NCBI GenBank assembly: GCA_040954595.2
Contig: CM082588.2
Span: 6,026,202 to 6,090,201 of the forward strand
DNA: 64,000 nucleotides
Reading direction: 5' to 3'
Source of the DNA: Balanoglossus misakiensis
Lineage: Eukaryota > Animalia > Hemichordata
Each line of letters begins with the position of its first letter. Position 1 is the first letter of the stretch. Below, piece by piece: positions 15,001 to 27,700 of this stretch. The notes under the pieces were generated by a model. It worked only from the letters and a program-made list of their open reading frames with translations, was not told the origin of the DNA and did not search any database. A program made the translations under genes and the position numbers.

Positions 15001-16723
15001 ATCTGTACAATACAATGCACATTACAAATATCATATGGCAAACGTCCGACTTGGTTTTCTGCAGCAGCTTTCAGTATAATAATTACCTATTCAATCCCAT
15101 CTGAGCAAAAGTCAGAGGTCACTATATACAACATGATATTCAATATCTGTTAATCGTTTCTGACAAAAAAATCCCTTGCAACGAGAGATAGAATTTGTGA
15201 AATAGAATTAATTATTGATTTCCTTCAGGAGTGTTTGTTGGTGTCTTTTTACAGTCACTGAATTAATCAAAGTTAGATCAGGTCATTTTAACACGCTAAT
15301 ATAAAAAATTGCTTGATTAAAATATAATCCATACTCGCACTCGCAGTACAGTATGTACTCCTTTGTATAATCCATTTTAATCCACCGAATCGTCATTTTT
15401 TTACGGTGAGAGTTCAGGAACTGATCATGGAAATTTTTCCGGATGGTTGATAATCCAGGGTCTGTATGATCATGACCATCCGGTGTTCGATATACCTTCA
15501 TGGAACGGAGCTAACTTGAGGGCCAAAGTGGAGCACTGAGATTTAACTGGAATGTCAATAAATCATTTGTGAATCCATTCTCCAATGTAAATAGTGATGT
15601 AATCGCTCAAATAAATTTTATAACATATTGTAAAATTGTAAATCTATAATCAGGATATACAATTTTCCATAAATTCAAAAATGTTTCTCATTACCAGGTA
15701 TTCATAATCATATTCTGATTCTTTTTATGAAGATTTAATGATGAAATTATATAATCATATTCTGCATATATCCAAATTGCTCAGGATTTTTTACCACTCT
15801 CAAACCAACCTATAATATATTCACAAACTGGAATGACAATACATTGATATGCCTTTTTAGACAAGTAGAATTGAATGTAATGATTTAGCAGAGCAACTGG
15901 TATATCACCATGGCAACAACTATGTTTTCTGGGTCAAGGCCAATTTTTTTCCAGCAGAAATAGTCAAATATTTGATCTAAGTTCAGCGGGGCTAATTCAC
16001 TTGCATTTAGCTTGTGTACGTTTTACGGAGTTAAACATATGTTCAATCCACAGTGAATTCTGAAAGCTGCCGCGACTGCTGACACATAACAAGGGAACAG
16101 CAAACGACCTGATAATGTTTTTTTTTCTGCATTACAATCTGGAATACTCATTAGGGAAGGAGGTTGTTATGACGAAAATCTCAAATGCCACAGAAGAGTG
16201 TGACATAAATCGCACACAGGATTACTCCAGTGGTTTAACACAGCACAGGGACAAACGCAACAGATAACGACCTAATCAAACCGTGGGCTGAATTACGAAC
16301 CTGTGTATACACTCACCGTTATTAAATCAAAAATCCCAAGCGTTATTATATTCTAATCTGCACTATAAGCACCAGACTCGGTGGCTCCACCACGTCTTGA
16401 TGTTGAAGTCACATCCCATCCGTAGCAGAGTTGAAAATCTCACTCGATTCATGTCATCACGGGAGAATGGCTGGTTACAGTGTGAGCACTTTGCCTCACG
16501 CGCTCTCCTCTCCACTCTGCATCAGGTGTGTCATTTTCATCCAGCAGTCACTTTGGTGGGTTCGTTGTCCCTTATTTTGCCAGTATCACTGATATCAGGA
16601 TGACACACTGTAGTTTCCAGACTCAGTCACCTGTTTTCCATCTGTACCAGTACACTCTAAACAGTATATAACGGTGCCACAACACTGATGGATAATAACA
16701 CACACTCTTACATGATCCGTAAT

Positions 16724-16728
<5 letters not shown>

Positions 16729-16763
<35 letters not shown>
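16729..16763. repeat. (CT)n/(GA)n microsatellite
   Basis: Directly visible. Confidence 0.95.
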
Positions 16764-16766
<3 letters not shown>

Positions 16767-18410
16767 CTCCAGCCGTTCCAGATTAACACTGCTAATGGAT
16801 TATTCACTCTTCCCCTTGTTATGGAAATCTGACACTCACGGATTTATGTCGTTGATCGAGAAATGTCAGTTTGAACACATGGACTTGTGCATCGCTTGGC
16901 AGACTCTCTCCACTTTCCAGGCAGTGTGTCTTCTCCCCCTGTTTACATCCACTCTGGTTTCTAAATGGCTTCCCACGATCTCATTACCCATCATGCAGTG
17001 TTCCATTGATGCAATTTCCTCCGCATCATTTTCCTCGGAGAATACTGTGTGAAGAAAATAATGCGACATTCATGACTGGTTGTGTGATACGTACATTATC
17101 TAGTCCGCAAGAATAACAATTCGTTTCTGATGAACAACATAAAGAACTGCCCTGATTATTCTGAATTCAATCACTGCGACAGTGTCAGCATTTTTCACGA
17201 TAAAAAGAAATTCAAATCTTAAGATTTGATATAAACCACTAATGAAAAAAAATTACGCTCAGATCAAATGCTATTTCAAAAAAAGCAACCCAACTTAGAC
17301 TAAGAACAAACTCACGACTGTAAACGACAAAAATATAAATGTATATATTCTGCAACGTCAGCGTTTTGGTTTCCTTGTAAAAAGATTTAAGAATAAACTG
17401 AAACAATTCTTGTAATCTACAGAGAATGCACTTGAAAGCTGTTCAATAGTAAAGTCTTAATTGAGAGATATTAAAATCAAGGAAGGCTTTAAATGCTACA
17501 TCACTTTGTTTCCATGGTGACAAACACTTGACATTTCCCCATCAATTTGGTGGCAGACACTGCGTCATTTGTTGAGAAACAGAGAAACCTAAGACAATCT
17601 TGTCTGCTCAGTCAAAGGGAAAGGTCGACTATTTTGCCACACAGTTTATCCGAAAGAAGTAACCATTTACTGTAAATCAATCTGGGAAAAAAACGTTTTT
17701 CTCAAAAAATTGTGGCACAATTTTGAGACAAGAAAGTGGACAGAAAATGGTGATGTCACTGATTGTCGTGTACATGTGTCTGGCACAACTGGTGACATCA
17801 TGAACGTGCATCAGAAGTCCAGCAAGGCACAAACTGTAAATAACCCCAGGCAGAGAGACAGTGTCATGTGTTCCACAGCCTGGGCTGAACTGATCTCTCA
17901 TCTTGGAAAATCGAACGGTTACACAAATCAGATTCTACTCAAACAGTGCAATATATTGGCATTGTGCAGGGTATTGTCAGTATATGCATGCACCCGATAC
18001 GGATATTTTCCTTTCAATACCCCTGAATAGCTTAGAAAAAACTCACATACACAGAGATGACTTCAATAAGATAGCAGAGCTCAGGATCAGTCACATAAAT
18101 CATGGTCACTGCTATAGACTGGCATGCAGGCTATTTATTGAGTTCGTGAATGCAAAGATAAATCTTTTGCGTACAAAAATCCAAAATGAAAAGAAACATT
18201 ATCACATCTTTCGAATGTACATTGTGGTCACCAACTGACACATGGAAATTTTGCAAATAATCTTCAATAAAAACGGTTAATGCTACTGAGCTGACTTTTT
18301 CTTACATTGTGTTGATTTATAGCCAAAGAAATTGAATGCCAATGAAAAGATATCAGTCTGCATGTGGTTCTCCATTAAAGGACAGGGTGGCCTCGATTAT
18401 ACATAAGTTA

Positions 18411-18606
18411 TACTGTAAACTGGGACATTTTTGTGAACTATTAATTTTCACGAACTTCACGAGAGCCAAAAATGCGAAAATAAAAAGAAGCGTAAAACAT
18501 TTTTCCGGAGATAATGATGCTGGTGGTGAAATACGAGAACGCGAAAATTAATCGTCGCGTAACAGTTGCCTATTTTGATATCGTGAAAATTTCTTGTTTC
18601 ATAGTA
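18411..18606. mobile_element. Degenerate TA-flanked MITE (Tc1/mariner-like ends)
   Basis: Begins TA-CTGTAAAC, ends gtttcatag-TA, with internal repeated (c)gcgaaaat / cgtgaaaat motifs. Confidence 0.5.
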
Positions 18607-20091
18607 TCTGTCAATGGCCTAAAGAAATCATATTCAGACTAGAGCTCAATGTACAACTTAGATATTTGCTGGCCTTCAGAGAAGTTTTGAAGGTAAAATC
18701 TGCGACAGGAAAATGCTTTTATTAGCACGGTCCCCCCACGGCAAGGAACAGCGAACAAGAGAATCCTTGTCACTCAGACCCACGCAGAATGCAGGCTATA
18801 AACAATTTTTTTATTCTGATGGCAATCACAACTGGAATCACAATCACAGGATCAGTTATGAAATCCTGGCTGGAGGATAAACCCCGGCAACGTGGATCCT
18901 CATCCTTGCGGCCAACCTGTCAATCTTCTTGACTTCCGAGAATCCTTCACAAGATTCTCTAATATAGCACAGTGACGTGCAAGCCTAATTGGCTACCTTG
19001 CCTCACTGCACGTCATATACCACGTGCTGTTGAGTGTGTTTTTCACTTTATCCAAATACCGAATAACAGGCTCATGAAGTCAATATACCTATGGTCCCGT
19101 TGCCAGGCTGAGAAACATTTAACACACATAGACATTATTTCTTATGTCTTCCACACTGCACATACCGGTATAAGATGTCCATTGATAATTTTGTTTTAAA
19201 AAAAGATCTACTCTACATCAGTACGTCTGCATGTTCTTCTCAGTTGCTTACAACAAATAGATAATGGATGGACTGTACATGCTTGTAACAATTTCTGCTT
19301 CAGTGCTTACTTTACTCTGGAATGGTCTTATTGGAAAAATAGGGTGAAATTTTTGTGCAAAACTTCTACCATATCACCAACGAGGTATTCTCATAATAGA
19401 CCATGAAAAATCCTTCTGTCTAAATCCGATATACATGGAATCTCCTGAACAGAAATTGAACACCTATTGTTATTAAAGCCAAGTGAAAACGATCTGGGCA
19501 ATTTCTGCGAGGTGTGGAACATACTTGTGCAGTATATGGAAACTGCCCGATTAGAAAGACCATCAAACACAGATGTCTCCTTGTTTCAATCCCACATCAT
19601 CAACTCTGTTATCCCTGTCTGTCACGGTATCGACAATCTTGTCGCACGACAGTCTAATCTACTTCGCTTGATAACACAGGAGAATCTAAATTGGAAGGCT
19701 CAATGACGTCAATTTCGCCGTTGCAATATTTATTCAAGCATCCTTCACACTTAGAGGAGGCAGGCTGAAATGAAAAACAGCTAGAATACAGCTTGTGTCA
19801 TTGTTTTTTTCTCTCTCTGCTGTCTGACATTTTATTTCTCGCCATATTAATTCAAGCATCTGTTGCTAGGACAGACTACAGGGTGTGTGATTGTGAAAAA
19901 TGTCGCTGGCGAGGAGGCGATCGTGTTTCTAATATGAGCAGGGCGTAATATTACCTGGAGCTGTTATTGATCACACTGTCGTACAGTGTATGTCTGTGTC
20001 AGATGCCTTGCAAATATATGCAGCATTCACATCAAGCCTTGAATTGTGACCTGCCTTGTGTTGCACTGTGCCCCTGTGTATATATATATGT

Positions 20092-20123
20092 GTCTGTGTG
20101 TGTGTGTGTGTGTGTGTCTGTGT
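20092..20123. repeat. (TG)n microsatellite
   Basis: Directly visible. Confidence 0.9.
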
Positions 20124-22405
20124 ATGGAAAGACGTATGCATACAGCAAGGAGGTTACTAAATATTGTAGCACGTAATTACTTCAGAAGCTTACTCCTTGT
20201 CAAGGGTGAAGCATCACTATATCTTAATACTTCCGATGTTTTGTTCCATGATTCAGAATCTCTCCTAGATGTGAGACATGGGAGGCAGGACTACCTGAAG
20301 AGAAAATCTATACCCACCCCAAGGCTCAATTAATGCACTTTGGATGTACACCACTGGGGATTAACATTGCCTCTGGGCAGCTGTACTGCTTGTACGTGAC
20401 ATGTAGATCTAAACTCTATAACGTGACGTTTGGAATCCTGAAACAAGCCGAGTTGTACAAACACATGTTGATGGGGATCGTACTTTGAGCCACAAATCTT
20501 TCGAGACTGTCGCCATGGTTACAGATGTACTGAATGACAAATTATCTTCTTTTTTAATTACTTTTAATTCATGCACGTATTACTGATGAAGCTAGCTGTG
20601 ATAAATGGTCAAATCATGACACATATCAAAAGGGTCTGTCTTCTTTTTCCACCAAAGAGAGGTATAACTTAAATTTGCTTTCTATTTTTCCCCAAATTTT
20701 GCTAATAAAGATATACTGGTACATGAGAGACACTTCAATTGTTGTTTTCTACTATTCTAGAAGATATTATTTCTTTCCAAACTCAACGTACGATAACTGC
20801 ATTTTCCTTCAAACCCTTTAAATACTGAACACTTGTGATAAAGCAGCGAACATTGTACATAAAGCGCCTTTCTCATTAGGCCACAAATGTGCGTGCCTCT
20901 GTTCTTTCTGCCACTTATTTGTAGAGGAAACAAGAGAATTGGCGATTCCCTTCTAGGGGCACTTGTCTTCTGTACGGAAGTTGCATTCGTTACTACAGTT
21001 TGACGATAGACGCAATGTTTTCCACACAGCTTAATTTATTGACTTTCCGGTTTGCCTCAATTGTTAATGATTTCAACGACGTGACTGTATAAATCTAGTG
21101 TCCTCCTTGGGCAAAATATTTCTCGGAATAATACTACTCTTGATATTTGCCCATCTTGTTGAGAAACGCTTTCCCCAAGGACACTGCATGGACACCAAAT
21201 AAACAAAAATCTTCATTGAAATGTGAAAGGTATTCACATACATTTGCTATACATGACAGATATCTGCCATCTTGAAATTCTGTCAACTACATGGGCGTTT
21301 TATCACTCACCTAGGTGGCAAAAATCTATTTAAGGTGGTGAGAATGTTACAACTGACATGTGCATGGACATTTATGATGTAATAAATGCTTGTTCGCAGA
21401 AGTCTGAATAAATTCGCAAAACTTTTGTGGAAATTGAATTTATTTGCATCACTGCATGGCACACAATTATTTCAGTGTTGTTAAAACTGACATTTATGGG
21501 GTAACACCGGCCTCTGAAATGGCATGTAACAATAACTCACAAAACCCTATACTGAATTTACTGCTTTCTATGCAATGTGTGACATACTAACCTGCAGTTC
21601 TTCACAGCCAACAGCGTGCCCTCTAACAAACATAATTTTTAAAAGCTTTGAGTCAAATTGAGGATTTTTAAAAATTTCTCTGATTCAGCCCTCACCAAAC
21701 AGCATGTAGTGTGGATAATTTTCCTGAGTCACCAGTGAGTTTGTTGAGTCAGTGGCACATCATATTTTAGAGGGGACATTGACGGCCAAGTCTGATTCTC
21801 TTACTCAATAAATGGTAAACTGGAATTCAAAAAGTGTGCTGTCCACGACAAGAATACCAGTATGTGCCACTGGTGCAAATATAGTTCTCAATTCCACAAG
21901 AAATAAAATTCATATTTTTTTCGCCACTTTTTTAAACTTCTTTCTCACTGACTGTCAACCAACAACAGTTGGTTGGTCGGAAAAAATAAACAAGAAATGA
22001 AACTCCTTGCAACAGCTGCAATTTGTATTCATGGACAGACTTCATCTTTGCGGTAACAAAGTGAATTAAACGCATAAACGGTTTACATTTAAAGCAGTAA
22101 GAAATTAATCTCACTTCAGTAAACCATGTGTGTCACCTGCGGCATTTGAACATCATTGTGCACAGCAAGCATGATACAAAAAGCACAGTCTGGATACCAT
22201 CAATACACCCAATTTGATCACAGAGTGTTTTTCGGCCTTGAAATGTTAGAGTATTAAGCCACAAATAAATAAGAATCTGTATCTGTTTAATCAGAAATGA
22301 AAATCGCGGTCTACTGGAGACAATGAGAAATAAACACGTTTTTAAAAAAAATATCACTACTGGGAGTAATTGTTAAAACCTGGGTCACTGACCATAAAAT
22401 ATTTA

Positions 22406-22710
22406 AGCAATAAAACACCCCCAGCCATGGTATACCACGAGATTTTGACCAGTTCACGACATATACGCACGAGCGATAGCGAGTGCGTATATGGAGTTGA
22501 ACTGGTCAAAATCGAGTGGTATACCATGGCTGGGGGTGTTTTATTGCTATTATATTATGCCAGTATATTGAAACTTTGCATAAAACATTTTAAAAAGGCA
22601 TTTTCTTTGACTATGATATATGACTGTGGTATATGGCTAATATATCACGGTCACGTGTCGTGTCTCGACCAATCAAATAGCGTGATTTACACCATCAATA
22701 TACTGGTATA
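22406..22710. mobile_element. Non-autonomous palindromic DNA element (143-bp hairpin plus tail), possibly Crypton-type
   Basis: 22406-22548 is a near-perfect inverted repeat AGCAATAAAACACCCCCAGCCATGGTATACCAC...GTGGTATACCATGGCTGGGGGTGTTTTATTGCT around a cgagcgatagcg loop. It is followed by tgtggtatatggctaatatatcacgg and an accaatca tail. The hairpin is directly seen; the family assignment is from memory and tentative. Confidence 0.75.
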
Positions 22711-23346
22711 ATATAATGAATGATAACTCATAACATTAATATCACAAATCTAGATGTAATACTAATATATTTTGGATTGAATTTTGAAAAAGATAATATC
22801 CTGATTGATACTTGCTTGGAGATAAACAAAGGGTAAAATGAAAAAAATAATTCTCCCATATCTCTCTCTGCCTCTGTCTTAATAGCCCCACCCCCACTCT
22901 CCCATAACAATTATCCTCTGATTTATGCATTTTATTTTACTTCTTGTGAACTTAGTTTTCTTACCCACAATGCTATATGACATTCATTTACTACTGTTCC
23001 CATGGAAATTAAAACTAGAGAACTCCCCCTCCCCCCTGATATCAAATGGTCCATCCCTAAGCAAATTATGCTGTGATTACGTGAAATCGTCTCCAGTGGG
23101 TCGAATAAGTCACGGTCAAACTGCTTGCCGCAGACTCGTCCCGTTCCGTCCCCAGGCCCTGACAACCAACACCATTGCAGTGACCCTCCTTCTCGCTTGC
23201 ATCCATCAGATCAGCTGATCATACGAACAACAACAACATCGTTGACATCCATCGCCCTGACTTCATCTTCAGAGAAGTGCTACGTCTATCTGCACCTGCT
23301 CCATTGCTCTCGAAAATACACATAGTATGACAATAAACACGCTCAC

Positions 23347-23570
23347 CTCAATGTTATCAGACGACAGATCCCGTGATCGAACTGGATGTTGCTTCGATAT
23401 TCTGGAGAACTACTGGTCTGTGTGTAGTGTCACGTACAAATCTAATGCAAACTGAAACTCGATACGCTTTTCGCTGGGAAAGTGAGGGCGCCCGCCCACT
23501 TATGCAAATAACCCGCGTACGCGTAGCCCTGGCAACACCTCTGCAACGCCAACTATGCATTTGACGTAGA
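23347..23570 (-). promoter_or_regulatory. Putative promoter and non-coding first exon of the GPCR gene
   Basis: Local CpG-rich patch with a GC box (gggcgcccgccc ~23486-23497), octamer ATGCAAAT 23502-23509, X-box-like GTAGCCCTGGCAAC 23523-23536 and CRE-like TGACGTA 23562-23568. A minus-strand donor GAG|gtgagc lies at 23346 and a candidate acceptor precedes 3831. The link to the GPCR is inferred. Confidence 0.45.
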
Positions 23571-24700
23571 ACTTTTCAAGCATGCACAGGGCGAATGCAC
23601 GTAACAATCTCGTGAAAGATTGCTAGATGATGTGGGCGTAGTAATTATTGTTTAATAGCTCCCAGGATATCCGATAAGCAGAAGTGTTTCATGGCGTTTC
23701 AAAGCAAAAACTTAAAAAAACACACACATGAAAGTCATGAGAAATGGGTATCATCAATAATCTGGTCAGAGAGCACCAGCCCGAGGAAAACTGTGGCATT
23801 TTAAACACCTTGAATTTACACTATGTACCATTTGGATATTAACTTTCTCTTGTCCATAAGTGATACCCACAGAATAAAACGAGGCAGAGCCAAGATTTCT
23901 TGGAGACGTTTTATTGCAAAAAAAAGTACCAAAAGAAAGAGCATGTACAGCACACGTGACACTTATGAGGTGTCCAGATTTAATCACAATTGTGGGCTAG
24001 CAATCCTTGAATTGTGCACATTGCATTCCATAGATAGATCTGATTTCTCAATTTTTTGGTGGGAGAAAACTTTAGCAAAGACGCATACCATCGCTGGCAC
24101 ACAGGTAGTACAGTACACTAACCATTTGACAGGAAAGCAATCAATGTGTATGCTTATAATGTGCATCTATAAAAAAAAATATAAGTAGACGAGACAGAGC
24201 AATTTATACACGAACGAAAAAAATGTGGGCAAATATTACAAGATTCAAATTCTAATTACAAACGATAAGATAATTACTGCATTGCAGCTTGGTGCGAATG
24301 GGCTTGTACAATAAAATCAGCTCTTTGTCAAATTTTCACTGGGTACTGAATATGCAAATGTATTTCATCAAAGTGAGGGCCAGTGACCCAAGTCACATAC
24401 AATACTTTTAATTCAAGTACATGAGAATGACCACATGATGCTAAGTGTATTTTTTGTCAAAGTTTTGCATGTAATTACACCACATCTATACTTTTAAATA
24501 CGTTTAAAATGTATGTTGCTTAACTTGTGGAAAAAATTATGATTTTTACGGTAACAGCCATCCGGCCAGAAGACACAAACATGAATACAATGCATTACGT
24601 TTTATTTCTGATTTGTCGACAGTCAAAAAATTATTTCAAGTCCCAAGGTTGATTGATCCATCCCTTGTCTATTTTTTTCTGTTAAATTTTGAATACTTTT

Positions 24701-27700
24701 CTAATCATCATCAGCATCCATCGGTCCTGCTTGTCTCGCTTTCGGACCGCCGGCTGGTTTGGCCATGATGATCTGAAACGAGAGAGAACAAACAAGGATT
24801 TAATGTCATGTCATGTTGCTAATGCTTTGATGGAAACAACGATCTGATCGACATGCTACTGCACCAGTGCATGATGATGTTTAACCCTAACCCTGCCACG
24901 TCGGTTGAAACTGGTTCGATTTTAGGGTTTGAACTGACCTGGTCCACTCTGAGAACAGTGACCGCTGCGTTGACTGCAAACTTCAAGCCCCAGTGTTTGG
25001 TCAGATACTGGTCAAAGATGCCGGCCTCTGCTACATCCTTGACGGCAGATTTTTCTCCCTGAAATCAGAATGAAGAAATTTGAAAATCTCGACCTTACAA
25101 ATATCAGTTGACAGCACTCTCTACATGAACTTATCCCGCATGTTAAACATATAAAGTATGTACGTATATACATACATATATCATACATGTTGAGCATTGA
25201 CAATTTCACACCTCTCTACACCATAATTTTTTTATGCAACCCCCTTTTCAATAATTAATAAAGACAAATGATGAACGTACCTCAATATCAAAACCAACAT
25301 TGGTTTTCCCTTCCTGGTGAGCAGCATACAGCTTGGACAACACTTCCGTGGACTTGACACCGGCATTTTCGGCCAGAGAGCGGGGAATGTCTTCAAGCGC
25401 TTCGGCAAATTTCTTGATGGCATACTGCTCCAGACCTGGGCAGCTCTCACCATACTTTGTCAGACGCTTGGCCAACTCTATCTCAGTGGCCCCAGCTCCT
25501 GGTAGGTAACGTTTATCCTGAATGCAAAGACAGAATGGATGAAATAGAAAAAGAGATTTTATTTATTATTTCATTACATTTCCCTACATTGATATATGGT
25601 ACTGTAATTCATACTATTTGAAGCTTCAGTTTTTCAAAGTTTCCATTCAGTAATTCAAATGTCTCCTATTCTGAGGATGCTATGATTTAACTTTAAAATG
25701 GGTATCAGTCAACCTTGGGTTAATTTTCTGCCGAAAAATTACATTCTGCTAAATGAACAGTTCATCGACTCTAAAAAAAGCAACAAAATTCAAGTCAATC
25801 ATATTTACTGATGAATGCACTTTACTAATCAACCTCATACACAGATTGTATAGAAAAGAACTGTGGTAGACAATTTTGCTTATATGAGGATGTCCCTGCA
25901 CTCGGTCGGCCATATTTCTTTTTAAAACTCACGGGTGTGCACACACATACACGTACACGCACTGTATCTTAAACAATGGCTGGGTCGTGACATATGTTGC
26001 AAAAAATACGTGAGAAACACCGACCTTTGTCAAAACCTTGAAAGAGTTGACCCCGTCATCTACAGCCCTCTCAATATCATCCATGATATTGTCGGTGGAC
26101 CCTCGGATCACGATGGTGGAGATTCCGCTCTCTTCCTTCTCCTGCTGGAAGACCACCACGTCTGTGTCGCCGATTTCCGCCACCTTGACCACGTCACAGT
26201 GGCCGGCTTCTTCCGAGGTAGGAGCGGTCAGTCTGGGGAGGGCAGTGGCTTTGACGGTCTTGCAGAGACGGCGCAGGTCCCACTTGGAGGTCAGACGCAC
26301 CACCATGATGTTGTACTTGTTCAGGAAGTGGAGGGCCATGTCGCCCACTTTGCCGCCGGACACGACAACGTTGCAGCCGGCCTCGGCAATACTTTTAATT
26401 TGCTGATAAAAAAAATAAGATAAACCATTTCTCTACATTATCCCAAGATAGTCAAATTTTAAGCTTCAGTAACTTTTGGATAATTTCTTGGTATTTTTGC
26501 TTTGGGTATCAACTGTGGTTGCTTGCTTTACTGTGTAAAACACACGAGATTGCTCAGTACTTTTTGTTTTTCAACACAGCCCTTTTTGTAGTAAACAGCA
26601 TTGTTCTTGGTGAAAACTGAATCCAAGTCCAGACTTAGCACCAAAAAATAGCCATACATGTATGTTAGAGCTGGTGCTTTAACAGGCAAAACTTTATGTG
26701 CTAAGATCGTAGAGCAACACCAACCTTTTATTTACACATCATGGCATAATATATGACTATCCTACAAAATACTGTATGTCTCACCTCTTCAAGTTGGCTT
26801 TCCTCTCCTTTACTGAAAGTCTTCAATTCTTCAGCAGATTTGATTAACACTGTACCCTGTGAGCAAAAGAGTATCATGTAAATATGCCATACACTCTCTA
26901 CTTCATTTACCTGGGCACCAGCCTTTAGCAAAGACACTGTTCTCTGTAGGTGAAGGCCTTTGTCTACAAGCAATTACCTTCGTTTCTGTGTGTGAAGTGT
27001 CAACAGGACAGGTAAAACAGGCTATTTTAGCGTTTTCCATCTTGGTGATGTTTCCTTCGACATTTCTCTTAAATACCATCCCCTGGAGGAATGTGGAACT
27101 CAAAACACCGGAGCCCTGGCAAGAGAAAAACAGATGATGCATGTTATTTTTTTTCTAAAGACAGTAATTGAGAGTTCACGCAGTAAAAGCTAATCTGGAA
27201 ACATGTCTACACTGAACACCTTTTCCTGTCCCTCATAGCAGGTACCTCTATAAACCGAACAATTACTTCAGTCCCTTTAGTGTTCGGTTTAGACAGGTTT
27301 TATTGTAGTTGCTTTGATGTTTTGGTTGCTTTTATTTCTGTGGAGGTTAAACGCTGGACAATCTGTCCGGCGACTCAGACACTGCAACTGCTGAGATATT
27401 GTTTCTCTATTCAATGTATTCTACCATGGTGCCAATGCGATGAACACACTCAACAATCAGACTTTTGACAGACATGTCAGTATTGGTGTGAGAAGAGCAA
27501 AACTGGCAAAATTTAAAGTACACAGAAAACTTTTCACCACTTACTAAAATCTTAGCAACTCTAACATTGTCAACATTGAAGACACCATTCTTGAGGTACA
27601 CAGAAACTGAAAGAAAAGAAGGAAAATCCATCAAAAATGTGAAAAACAATCCGGTCCCCCATACATTTCTGTGATAAGTTTAGTCCAATACACAGGGCAA

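Noticed and set aside
24881-24938. C/D-box snoRNA (ATGATGA ... CTGA)
   Set aside because: It is antisense to the host gene, and the CTGA is just the complement of the gtcag splice donor.
27240-27480. snoRNA in CCT8 intron 4
   Set aside because: Hairpins are weak with poorly placed H/ACA boxes, and part of the intron resembles a pogo/Tigger-like MITE end (acaataaaacctgtctaaaccg).
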